Shown here piece after piece: positions 1 to 9,360 of a stretch of DNA of 64,000 bases (positions are counted from its first letter, which is position 1; the number at the start of each line of letters is the position of its first letter). The notes beneath the pieces are model-generated. The model was not told the origin of the DNA, did no database searches, and saw nothing but the letters and a program-made list of their open reading frames with translations. The stretch comes from an uncultured virus (IMG/VR IMGVR_UViG_3300010412_000006) (Duplodnaviria; Heunggongvirae; Uroviricota; Caudoviricetes). The stretch lies in IMG/VR virus record IMGVR_UViG_3300010412_000006; one strand, 5' to 3'. A program made the position numbers and the translations under genes.

Positions 1-423
1 CAGGCCGCTGTCTGCGGGGAGATTCCATACTTTGTTGCACCAGTTGACCGTTCCCGACGCCCCCGTCACCGTGAGGATCAAGGACGGCTCGGTTCCGCCC
101 GCACACTGCAATGTCGGTACATATGCCCCATTGGAACTTGACGAACTGCTTGAGCTGGAGCTGTCCACATTTCTCTGTATCACCGACTGTGGTTGCTTCT
201 GTTGCATTCCGACAAGGTAATGCTTGTACTCGCCTTCCTTTCCGTGCATCGGGCAATTCCCGCTCTTGGTTCCGAAGTTTATGAGCTGCTTCGGACCCTT
301 CCCGTTCAATCCGTCGTTGTCCACATCCTGCAATACCGCTTTCGTCTGTTGAAAGGTCGAATTGAAGTTGTCCTTGTTGTCGTTGGCCCTGTCTGCCATG
401 GCCGCTAAAGTTTCGAATATCAT
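1..423 (-). CDS. Putative structural protein, tandem paralog of 439-1257 (partial; C-terminal part runs off the window start)
   Basis: Absent from the ORF track. ATG at 423-421 reads MIFETLAAMADRANDNKDNFNSTFQQTKAVLQDVDNDGLNGKGPKQLINFGTKSGNCPMHG...SSSSSSSSSSNGAYVPTLQCAGGTEPS and stays open to position 1; near-identical to the N-terminus of 439-1257. Confidence 0.85.
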   Translation of the reverse strand, partial: MIFETLAAMADRANDNKDNFNSTFQQTKAVLQDVDNDGLNGKGPKQLINFGTKSGNCPMHGKEGEYKHYLVGMQQKQPQSVIQRNVDSSSSSSSSSSNGAYVPTLQCAGGTEPSLILTVTGASGTVNWCNKVWNLPADSGL

Positions 424-438
424 GTTGAAGTCCTCATG

Positions 439-1257
439 TTACCAGTTAGTTCCCCTTTCCCACGTATAGGTGATGTCGTTGACGGTGTGACTGCCGAAAT
501 AATTGTCGGTGATCCTGTAGTCGCTTATGGACTGTCCAGCATCTGCCGGGGTTATGAGACCCAGGTTGAACACGGATGTGGGACTTCCGCTGAAATCAAG
601 AAAATAGTCCCTGTAATTGACGCTGCCTCCGGCGAATCCGTCCATTATCTGTATAAATGCGTATTTCGAGGAGAAACCGCTGTTTCCCCTCCTTCTGCCT
701 ATTTGCAGGTGGTCGTTGTTACTCACCCATTTTATCCAAGTGTTCCTTGCTGAATATGTCGGTACGGATCCGGTTTGAACGATATCGTACGAAGTGGGAC
801 ACACCTCCTGCTGGAGACCGCTGTCCTGCGGAAGGTTCCATGTCTTGCCAAGCCAATCGACAGTGCCGCTTGCACCTGTCACGGTGACAACCATGGACGG
901 TTCCGTCCCGCCCGCACACTGGAGGGTCGGCACATATGCCCCGTTGGAACTCGATGAGCTTGAGCTGCTTGACCAAGAACTGCTTGAACTGGAACTGTCA
1001 ATGTTTCTCTGTATGACGGACTGGGGCTGTTTCTGTTGCATGCCGACGAGATAATGCTTGTACTCGCCTTCCTTCCCGTGCATGGGACAATTCCCGCTCT
1101 TGGTTCCGAAGTTTATGAGCTGCTTCGGACCCTTTCCGTTCAGACCGTCGTTGTCCACATCCTGCAATATCGCTTTCGTCTGCTGGAAAGTGGAGTTGAA
1201 GTTGTCCTTGTTGTCGTTGGCCCTGTCGGCCATGGCTGCGAGTGTATCGAATATCAT
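439..1257 (-). CDS. Putative virion structural protein with poly-Ser linker
   Basis: 272-aa ORF; conserved N-terminal domain shared with the neighbouring paralog, Ser run, beta-rich C-terminal domain. Confidence 0.75.
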   Translation of the reverse strand: MIFDTLAAMADRANDNKDNFNSTFQQTKAILQDVDNDGLNGKGPKQLINFGTKSGNCPMHGKEGEYKHYLVGMQQKQPQSVIQRNIDSSSSSSSWSSSSSSSSSNGAYVPTLQCAGGTEPSMVVTVTGASGTVDWLGKTWNLPQDSGLQQEVCPTSYDIVQTGSVPTYSARNTWIKWVSNNDHLQIGRRRGNSGFSSKYAFIQIMDGFAGGSVNYRDYFLDFSGSPTSVFNLGLITPADAGQSISDYRITDNYFGSHTVNDITYTWERGTNW

Positions 1258-1269
1258 TTCACGTGGCTC

Positions 1270-2211
1270 CTATATTGTCGGTGCGACATTCCTGTACGGG
1301 TGTGCCAGATCAAGGAAATTGGTCCTGTTCCATTTCCAGGCTATATAACCCTCCGCCTTCTGTACAGTCGCGAGGTCTACGGTTGGTAGAACGATGAGCT
1401 CCATCAGGGCAAATTCGAAGCCTGGTACAAGTACTATAGCGTCTTTAACTCCAGTGGTATCCAACGCCGCCGCTATGGACAGTGAGCTGCCGTTAGTCAG
1501 CAGATTTTCACCAATAAATGCGTCGGAAGGCATCTGCGTTCCGTTCAAGTACATTAGTGCCCCGTTGGCAGGCGTCGAGGATCTTACAGTGACAATCATA
1601 GGGTCCCACGGTGGTCCTTCACTGACGGCGGGAGGGAAATGGTCCCTGAAACTACGGTTGGCCATCCACCACTCCGTTATCCCTGAGTATGCAGTACCCA
1701 TCTGGGTGCATGTGGCGTTCGGCTCTAAGGCGCCGGTGTGCCGTGTACCTACCTGTATTATGGGTTTATAATCCGGTACGGGCAAGACGACAGCCGGGGT
1801 AAAATAGGCACACACCGTTATCTGCGTCCTGCCGGCCAGGTCCGGGTGGTTTGAAGCTATCATATGCCTGGGGTAGGGACCATCATCTCCAAACAGCAGG
1901 GATGGAGATCCTGTGTACTGTGGTTTGACTAGGTCGGCGTTCTGCACCATGTCAACGCCGTATACACTCTTGTCGGCCCATACGCTGGCCAGGCCGTTTG
2001 CCGCCGTAATGGTGTCATGGTCACTGGCGTCGTACCATGCGAGTGCATCTGCATAAAGCGGAACCCACGATATTTTCCCGGCAGAACCTGCGGTCGTATA
2101 CATTGTCGATCCGCCCGGTCCGTTCTTGCACGCTACCAAGTCAAATATTGTGGAATATCCTCCGGCCGATATGAACTCGTCCGTCTGCGGAACTCCGTCT
2201 ATGTAAAGCAT
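1270..2211 (-). CDS. LamG/ConA-like putative adhesin (AWYDASD...EGYxAWKW family)
   Basis: AWYDASDHDTIT...SVWADKS and QKAEGYIAWKW...HPYRNVAP match five other domains at 33022-39852; AGAGG RBS upstream. Confidence 0.65.
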   Translation of the reverse strand: MLYIDGVPQTDEFISAGGYSTIFDLVACKNGPGGSTMYTTAGSAGKISWVPLYADALAWYDASDHDTITAANGLASVWADKSVYGVDMVQNADLVKPQYTGSPSLLFGDDGPYPRHMIASNHPDLAGRTQITVCAYFTPAVVLPVPDYKPIIQVGTRHTGALEPNATCTQMGTAYSGITEWWMANRSFRDHFPPAVSEGPPWDPMIVTVRSSTPANGALMYLNGTQMPSDAFIGENLLTNGSSLSIAAALDTTGVKDAIVLVPGFEFALMELIVLPTVDLATVQKAEGYIAWKWNRTNFLDLAHPYRNVAPTI

Positions 2212-2284
2212 TATTTAACCTCTTTTGCGTTATGCCGTCGGCTTGACTTTCCTGTGCCTTTAATGAAAAAAAAAATGTTTGACT

Positions 2285-2314
2285 TATATTTCGCGCAACG
2301 ATTCCCATCATCCT
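2285..2314 (-). promoter_or_regulatory. AGG-N19-GAA candidate promoter for 1270-2211
   Basis: Minus strand AGG(2314-2312)-19 nt-GAAATATA. Confidence 0.55.
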
Positions 2315-2391
2315 TCCTCGACAGGAGGAAACAGGCGATGCGGATGCGGGACGGAAACCGATTCAAGTACCTCGTGCGCGTGCCAGGACGA

Positions 2392-2420
2392 AGGGAGATG
2401 CAGTGCGGACGTGGTATAAT
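2392..2420 (+). promoter_or_regulatory. AGG-N19-GTA candidate promoter for the 2478 operon
   Basis: AGG(2392)-19 nt-GTATAAT; also contains TGgTATAAT (extended -10). Confidence 0.6.
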
Positions 2421-2477
2421 GTCTTATTGAAGAAAAAAAAAAGATGAAAATCACATCCCGGAAGGCATTGTCGTCTA

Positions 2478-5400
2478 ATGATAATCTACAGATACGCACA
2501 GTCGAAGGAAAAGCTGATCGAACTGTACGACCTCGATCCTGCCGTCGCGGCCGCGGCGGAGACGGTTCTCGACGAACTTGGAAAGGAGCGCGGGAAACTC
2601 ATGCGCTTCATATCCAAGAAGGTAAAATCCGGAGGAGAGGTATCGTTGCGGGACGTGATGGGGTTCAAGGTGGACAGGCCCGCCTCCGTCGAATCGATGG
2701 AATGGGCCAGGACCATGACGCAGGTCGTCCCATACGCCAAGTGGCTCGCTAGGGCGATGGACGACGGGAGGCTCGAGGAATGGCGCGAATCCGGTTGGGA
2801 CGACACGAGGATAGCCGACGTGCTGACGATGTTCAGGTCTAGGTCGGCACTGGACGAGTTCCCCGCCGAGCTGAAGGATGTGAACGCCTACTCCAATCCT
2901 GCCGAGATAGACAAGGCCATGGAGCCCTACAGAACGGCAGAGGAAAGGACGAAGGAGCAGAGGGAAGCGGACTTCAGGAACGGATCCGAGCTTATCGGGA
3001 CATTCGGCGACGTCGACCTATACAGGCTCGACACGAGGGAGGCCGTCTCGGCCGCCGCCCACGGCACCAAGTGGTGCGTCAGGGACCCGAGGGCGTTCGA
3101 GACGACGGCATACGGGATCATGCCCTACTGGGTTACTTTCGCCGGTGACAGGCCGACTTCCCTGATCCACGCCCCCACCAGGCAGTGGAGACTTCCGGAC
3201 GACTCGATGATGACGAGGAGGGAGGCCTACAGGATGTCAGAGGCCTACAGGTATCTTGTCGATGGTGGACACACGAACTACGACATCGACAGGTGGGCCG
3301 ACGAGAACGCGGAAGATGGAAGCGACGACGCGGCGGCGGTGCAAAGGATTCTCCAGACGACGATGCCGTTCTCCGGCCAGGGGGAGATAGACAGGGTCAT
3401 CGAGATGGGTGGCGTCGCCAACGATCCGGACAGGATGAGGGACCTTGTTCGCAGGAAAGCGGTTCCGGAACGCCTCAACCACGGGTACGACAGGAGAATG
3501 TTCGAGATGCTGGAGAGGGAATTCTTCAAGTATTTCGCCTACACGCAGAAGTCGATGGCGAGAGAGATCGTCGGGATCATGGCGGACGCCCTTCAGATAA
3601 GCACCCTCGACATGCTCGTCGTGATAGGCGCGAACAAGGAAAGCAACGACCTCGACGGATATTCGCTGACGGGAGACGACGCGGAAGAGGCCATGGCGCT
3701 GATTTCCGAGAGGATGAATTGGGACATCGACAACGACGACGATCCTGACTTTAACCTGTACGCGAAAAGCACCGCCCTTCTAAGCCATCTCGTCGACAGC
3801 TACGTGCGAAAGAACAGGGAACTCGCCAGAGAGCTGATCGACAGGAACCTAGAGCGGTGCGAATTCGGAGGGGACTTGTGGCAGCACTCCGAGGATTTCG
3901 GCAGGATCCTGCAGGATCTTCATGGCCCTGAGTTCTTCGACGGGTGGAAGAACGAGGACGAGGAGGAGCCGATGAATTCAAGGCTTGTCGTCAACATCTC
4001 CGGCATATACAACGGGATGCCGGAGAACTGGCGCGACAGGACCGTCGAGATGATCGCCCCATATGTTCTTTCGCAGTACATACTCAACACGGCGAAGCCG
4101 GACATGGCCGTCGTCTCGGAGATCGTCGAAAGCAGAAGGGACGATATCACGATGGGCACAAGGAGGTTGAAGTTCCCGGCGTCGGTGCTGATTAGTTTCG
4201 GATCATACGTCACGGACGCGGAAAAGCTCAGGTCACTTGGAGAAAGGATGCCGTGGCTTCGCGAACTGCTGCTCGCCAACGGGGCGGCCGAGGCGGCCGA
4301 GATAACTCCGCCGCAGGATTTCAGGTTCGGCGGAATGCGGGCCGTCAGGACTTGCTACGCCGTTCTCGGGGTCATGCCGTCCGGAGACTACATCCGGCGT
4401 CTCAAGCACGATGACATTCTCAAGATAATGACCGACGAGTACATGGGTGTCGACTTCATGAACCATGTCGCGTCAACGCTCGGAAATGACAATTCATGGA
4501 TATTCGATCTCCTGTCTCTTTCGGTCACCAAGGACGAGAGGGAGATAGAGGCCATGAAGTGGCTCTGCATGAACGCTCCGAAGGGAAACATGGCGATGAG
4601 GAACATCGTCATGAACAAGGTGATCAACGGAAGTGATTCCTACCCCATGACGGGACGCGACATATCCGACGTCATGGAATTCGCCGAGGCGGTCGGCGTC
4701 GACAGGGAGACGATGAAGATGGACATCGTAGATCTCTTTAAGTCGTACTCAGACAGGATGAAAATTCCTCCAGGGGACATCATCGAGGTGGCCGAAGCCG
4801 TGGGGAGCGACGAGCTGTACGACATGGGATGCGAGAAGTGGCTCAGGATCAGGATGAGGAACGGCAACAGGATGATTCGTCAGAAAGCGCCGGAAGGATA
4901 CGAGTCGATGTTCCCGTTAGACTACAGGAGCGAAATTGATTTCTTCGGCAGGATTCCGGAAGAAGTAAAGAGGAGAATGCTCGGAAACTACGAGATCAGG
5001 GATATCGAAACATCGTGGGGAACCAGGACGTTCGTCATATACGGGACCGATTCCGGAGGCGTAATTGAGGAGACTGTGGAAAAAGAAGAAAATCCGTTCG
5101 AGAGTGTAAGATCCACCTGGTTCGACAGGACGATGGTGAGAGTCGCCTCTCCACACGCGGAAGAGGAAGACGAAAGATTGATTGCCGGGCTCGATTACTA
5201 TGTCGGGGAGTACAGGGAAAGACTGGAGGGGACGGCTTACGCGCAATGGGCGGACGACGGAACCGTAGAGCCGATGAGATGGGAAAGGGTGTCTTCGGTG
5301 GCCATAAACGTGTATGTGACGATCTACATGGAAATGAAACACGAAGGATCCAGGATAATGGACGAGCTGAAGAGATGGGTCATACGCCCGAACGGATGGT

Positions 5401-5489
5401 CATCGGTAATGACGGACATATGGCAGAACTGGGAATCGATCGACGGACGAAAATACAGCGTCATAAAGATGGAAATACAGAAGAAATAG
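2478..5489 (+). CDS. Large hypothetical protein with 'GTKWC' (PcfJ-like) domain
   Basis: 1003 aa; KDVNAY...HGTKWCVRD motif; N-terminus MIIYRYAQ. Confidence 0.6.
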   Translation: MIIYRYAQSKEKLIELYDLDPAVAAAAETVLDELGKERGKLMRFISKKVKSGGEVSLRDVMGFKVDRPASVESMEWARTMTQVVPYAKWLARAMDDGRLEEWRESGWDDTRIADVLTMFRSRSALDEFPAELKDVNAYSNPAEIDKAMEPYRTAEERTKEQREADFRNGSELIGTFGDVDLYRLDTREAVSAAAHGTKWCVRDPRAFETTAYGIMPYWVTFAGDRPTSLIHAPTRQWRLPDDSMMTRREAYRMSEAYRYLVDGGHTNYDIDRWADENAEDGSDDAAAVQRILQTTMPFSGQGEIDRVIEMGGVANDPDRMRDLVRRKAVPERLNHGYDRRMFEMLEREFFKYFAYTQKSMAREIVGIMADALQISTLDMLVVIGANKESNDLDGYSLTGDDAEEAMALISERMNWDIDNDDDPDFNLYAKSTALLSHLVDSYVRKNRELARELIDRNLERCEFGGDLWQHSEDFGRILQDLHGPEFFDGWKNEDEEEPMNSRLVVNISGIYNGMPENWRDRTVEMIAPYVLSQYILNTAKPDMAVVSEIVESRRDDITMGTRRLKFPASVLISFGSYVTDAEKLRSLGERMPWLRELLLANGAAEAAEITPPQDFRFGGMRAVRTCYAVLGVMPSGDYIRRLKHDDILKIMTDEYMGVDFMNHVASTLGNDNSWIFDLLSLSVTKDEREIEAMKWLCMNAPKGNMAMRNIVMNKVINGSDSYPMTGRDISDVMEFAEAVGVDRETMKMDIVDLFKSYSDRMKIPPGDIIEVAEAVGSDELYDMGCEKWLRIRMRNGNRMIRQKAPEGYESMFPLDYRSEIDFFGRIPEEVKRRMLGNYEIRDIETSWGTRTFVIYGTDSGGVIEETVEKEENPFESVRSTWFDRTMVRVASPHAEEEDERLIAGLDYYVGEYRERLEGTAYAQWADDGTVEPMRWERVSSVAINVYVTIYMEMKHEGSRIMDELKRWVIRPNGWSSVMTDIWQNWESIDGRKYSVIKMEIQKK

Positions 5490-5511
5490 ACAGAGAACCG
5501 GAGAGTACGAA

Positions 5512-6459
5512 ATGAAAGACAAGATAATGGTTCCGGACATGAGCAACCTCATAGCCCTCCCGGAGATAAGAGAGGCGTCAAAGGCTCAACATAGGCCGAA
5601 TCCGGTGTTCGACGCCAATCATCCTAAAGTCAATGACGACAAGGACCACTTCCCCCTCGGAGACGCAAACCAGGCGAGAAACGCCCTCGCAAGGGCGAAT
5701 CAGTACGGCTCAGCTCCGAAATGGTGGAACGGGACGCTCGAGGAACTTAAGAATGCCGTGGCAAGGAAAGTCAAGAAGGAATTCCCGTCAATAGAGGTTT
5801 CGAAAGAATCGACGAGTGCGACGAAGGCCGCACCGCTGATGAGAGAAGCGTCTGACGAAGACAGGGGAAGAATGAGAAGCGAGATCAAGAGAGCCAAGGA
5901 GAGAGTCCACCTGCTCTCGTCCAGCGCAAAGATGTTCCCCGGAGTCATAAGCGTCGAAACACTCGACGAGATGATGAAAAACCCAAGCATTCCGCAATCA
6001 GGAATCGCGAAGCTGCAGAAACTCAAGGAGGAGATGCAGAGCGGAGAAATAAGGCCGGGAAGTGTCAACCAGCTCATCATCAGGGACAAGACGAAGATAG
6101 ACCATCTCAAGAAGACAATTCTCAACGACTATGTGACCGACGAGGGAGTTGAGCACATGAAAAAAGTGATGGAGGAAAGCCTTGAGAAAGCGAGGGAGGC
6201 CGACAGGCATGCCGATGCTTCCGGAGGCGACGACGAGTACGGATACTGGGACTTCGTGGAATCTTCCGACTATTACCACGGGATAGCTGACGCGATGGAA
6301 AGATCTCTTGAGATCGTCAGGAGAATAAGGGAAATAGACTGGACGGTCAAGAATCTCGAGGAGCACGGAAGCGAACAGTCCAAGAAGGAGGCGGAATCGC
6401 TTCTTTACGAACGCGACGACATCATGCATGAACTTGCCACCTACATGGGGGTTCTATGA
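5512..6459 (+). CDS. Hypothetical protein with DUF6582-like motif
   Basis: 315 aa; DHFPLGDANQARNALARANQY; N-terminal VPDMSNLI; GGAG RBS. Confidence 0.55.
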   Translation: MKDKIMVPDMSNLIALPEIREASKAQHRPNPVFDANHPKVNDDKDHFPLGDANQARNALARANQYGSAPKWWNGTLEELKNAVARKVKKEFPSIEVSKESTSATKAAPLMREASDEDRGRMRSEIKRAKERVHLLSSSAKMFPGVISVETLDEMMKNPSIPQSGIAKLQKLKEEMQSGEIRPGSVNQLIIRDKTKIDHLKKTILNDYVTDEGVEHMKKVMEESLEKAREADRHADASGGDDEYGYWDFVESSDYYHGIADAMERSLEIVRRIREIDWTVKNLEEHGSEQSKKEAESLLYERDDIMHELATYMGVL

Positions 6460-9269
6460 GAATATACAGGATATCGCAAAGCGGGGACGAAGAGGAACAT
6501 ATCGTCGCCGACGATGAAATCTACGAAGCCGTTCCCGTCGACGAGGACGAGGAGTGGGCGTATTCGATCACAGAAGACGACACGGCGGCGGCGTGGCTTG
6601 CAGACATCAGAAAAAGAGGGATGACCGGAGACCGCGACGACGAGACGATACGGGAGATGGTCGAAAGGTATCTTGCGGATCCCAATCTCCCTGACCTTGC
6701 ATGGATATCCGATCTGGACAGGCTCTACGAAGTCATTGGCGAATCGTCCGAAGAAATAATTTCAAGAGATCAAAGATCGGGCATCGTCGCTGGAAAGATA
6801 CTGGAAGACGCCGTGGACAGGGGACTTGTCAGCGACGATACGGCGAGGAGGGTCACGAACAGCAAGATGGGAGTGATGCCGACGGGGAAGATAACGCCAA
6901 CAGGAAGGGCATTCACTAGAGATGAAGTACTTCCCGACAACAGGACACAGACAGAGTATCACGAGGAAGTGGTGGACGAAATGGGATACTCTTTCATAAA
7001 AAACACACACAGGTTAATAAATGAAGACGGTTCTTCCCTTTACCAAAGCGACTCGATCGTGTCGATCGACAGCGACAGGAGCGGGGTCACGGTAGGAATC
7101 GGAGAGACCAGTTATTCACATAGCGGAAGAGGATGGATTATTACGGTGGCCTGCAACGATCCTTCCAAGGCCGAAAGACGGATAATGGACAAAGTGTCTT
7201 CCGTGATCGACGGAATGTATTCCGCCGGCATAGAGAAATTCAACACGGCCGTGCAAAATGGCGAGAAGCCGTCAAAATATCCAGATGCGGTACAGAGGCA
7301 CGAGAATCATTCCAGCTACAGCAGCTTGATAATATGGCAAGGACGCGGAGACGAGGTGCCAGACATCACCGACAAGGTCAGAGGCATGGGAGACATGGAG
7401 GGAGTGAAGATAATCTCTTTCGACGAGGACAAAAAAATGTCAGGAGACAAAATACACCGAGGATTCGACATGATTCTGACTCCGACGTTCGATGACGGAA
7501 AGGAGGACTACGAGGACATGATGACGACACTGTCAAGAATAAAGGAAGACGGGTCAGCGATCAGAATAATCGAGGCATTCCCTCCGGCCGTTCACACCAT
7601 GGTCCACAAGGGAAAGCTTGGAATATGGGATTCGGAAGAGAAGTGGGCGGAATACGGATCCGCCGGCGCGAAAGCGGTGATAATATCATCTTACGGAAAC
7701 AGAAAATTCAGAATCGCCATAAAACCCGACCTGGACACGAAGGGAACGGGTAAAATGCAGACCCTCTGCCACGAGCTTGGACATTTCATATTCAACTACA
7801 TGATATCAGGATCAGACCCGTGGATAAAAAAGGAATCGATGGGGGAGGCGACGCCAAAGACGATGGCCGAAGAATGGGAAGAATGGTACAAATCGACCGG
7901 AGTCCGAATGGACGACATAGCCAACGAATTCGTCCAGTCAGAATATCCCGAAAGCCTGTGGAACACGGAATATTTCGCCGAGGTCGCCAGCGTCTTCCTC
8001 ATGCGGACAAATGACGTGTCGGAACTTTCCGGCGAAAAGCCAGCCATAGATCCAGAATCATATCGCGTAGTGTCGGAAATGATAAGGTCTCTTAAGATAA
8101 TACCGAGCTATTCGAGGAAAAGACCGTACGGGTATTCCGAAAGCTACGAGAAGGACGGAGATCCCCAGGTCATCGACCGAGACTCTAAGATGGCCGACTA
8201 CGGAAAGCGGCTGGAGGCTCCGAAGGAATACGCAAACAGGAAAAGGCTTGAAGCGGAGACATGGATGGAAAAGGCGATGAGGGAAGCGGGTCTTTCGAGA
8301 ATGCGTACGGCGACGGAAAACCCTCTTTCGATGAGCAAGAAGGAATGGATGGAGAGGGGCATGGATGTCGACTGGAGCGGAAACTACACAAATGACGAGT
8401 GGTCGAAGATATTCTGGATCAGAAGCTCGAGAGACAAGGAGTGGTCGTCCGCCATGGCTGTCGCCATATCGATGGGGGAGATAGATCCCAAGGTCGCCAA
8501 GTCGATGGGCTTCTCCGGACCTCCGGAGCCAATAGTCCGCATGCCTTCGGTGCTCTACCACGTCACCACCGCCGCATCGTCGGTTCTTTCGGAGGGTCTA
8601 AAGACAAGAGGCGAACTGTCATCGCCGTCGGGATTAGGAGGCGGTCCGGAGAACACGATATCCTTCACCGAGAGCCTTGAGACGGCCAACGACATCCATT
8701 CCGCCATCATGGAGGCAAGAGGCCTATCTTCTGGAGAGCTCTCCATAAGAGATATGATAGATATGGCGCGTCGCGGCGAAGGGGCCGACCGTCCGTGGAT
8801 AGACGACCTCGAAAGGGCAAAGAAGCTCAAGGTCTACGACACCACGGTGGAGGAGGCGGTAGAGACGGGGGAATTCAGGAGAATCACCAAATCTCCGCTG
8901 ACCGTACCGCAGTCGGAGTTCTTGTTTTTCGGCGATTCCAGAACATGGGTTCCGACGGACAGCCCAGACGAGAACGGAGGACATTCGATATGGACGAGCA
9001 GGCTTTCCGAGGACGAGATAAACGACATCAAGGTATCGTTCTACAAGTACTGGGCCACGTTCAGGGAAGATGCCGGAGGGAACATGTATCCTCTTTTTTG
9101 GGGGGACTCGATGAAGGGCCTCGCGACCATCGACCAGTCTGAAATAGCGATAGTCAGATGCAACATGAGAGAGGGGTCGATGGGCTATAAGATGAACGCC
9201 CTCGGAGAGTGGCGCACATGGACCGGAAAGACGGTAGAATCGATGGAGATCGTACCTCCGGGGGAGTAG
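6456..9269 (+). CDS. Polyvalent protein: zincin metallopeptidase plus C-terminal ADP-ribosyltransferase-like domain
   Basis: LCHELGHFIF and downstream TEYFAE (lethal-factor-like zincin); VLYHVTT...LSEGLKT...ISFTESLETA (ART/Tpt1-like pattern); ATGA overlap with upstream gene. Confidence 0.65.
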   Translation: MRIYRISQSGDEEEHIVADDEIYEAVPVDEDEEWAYSITEDDTAAAWLADIRKRGMTGDRDDETIREMVERYLADPNLPDLAWISDLDRLYEVIGESSEEIISRDQRSGIVAGKILEDAVDRGLVSDDTARRVTNSKMGVMPTGKITPTGRAFTRDEVLPDNRTQTEYHEEVVDEMGYSFIKNTHRLINEDGSSLYQSDSIVSIDSDRSGVTVGIGETSYSHSGRGWIITVACNDPSKAERRIMDKVSSVIDGMYSAGIEKFNTAVQNGEKPSKYPDAVQRHENHSSYSSLIIWQGRGDEVPDITDKVRGMGDMEGVKIISFDEDKKMSGDKIHRGFDMILTPTFDDGKEDYEDMMTTLSRIKEDGSAIRIIEAFPPAVHTMVHKGKLGIWDSEEKWAEYGSAGAKAVIISSYGNRKFRIAIKPDLDTKGTGKMQTLCHELGHFIFNYMISGSDPWIKKESMGEATPKTMAEEWEEWYKSTGVRMDDIANEFVQSEYPESLWNTEYFAEVASVFLMRTNDVSELSGEKPAIDPESYRVVSEMIRSLKIIPSYSRKRPYGYSESYEKDGDPQVIDRDSKMADYGKRLEAPKEYANRKRLEAETWMEKAMREAGLSRMRTATENPLSMSKKEWMERGMDVDWSGNYTNDEWSKIFWIRSSRDKEWSSAMAVAISMGEIDPKVAKSMGFSGPPEPIVRMPSVLYHVTTAASSVLSEGLKTRGELSSPSGLGGGPENTISFTESLETANDIHSAIMEARGLSSGELSIRDMIDMARRGEGADRPWIDDLERAKKLKVYDTTVEEAVETGEFRRITKSPLTVPQSEFLFFGDSRTWVPTDSPDENGGHSIWTSRLSEDEINDIKVSFYKYWATFREDAGGNMYPLFWGDSMKGLATIDQSEIAIVRCNMREGSMGYKMNALGEWRTWTGKTVESMEIVPPGE

Positions 9270-9360
9270 GGACCGCACGAGCAGGAGGTATTCTCGCTGT
9301 CCCGATGCAATAAATGTGCATGATGAACAGGACTAGACAACGCGAATTGGACTGAACACG

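Noticed and set aside
1..1257. Duplicated segment as a DGR template/variable repeat pair
   Set aside because: Differences are mostly synonymous and not restricted to adenines, both copies are coding, and no reverse transcriptase is in the window
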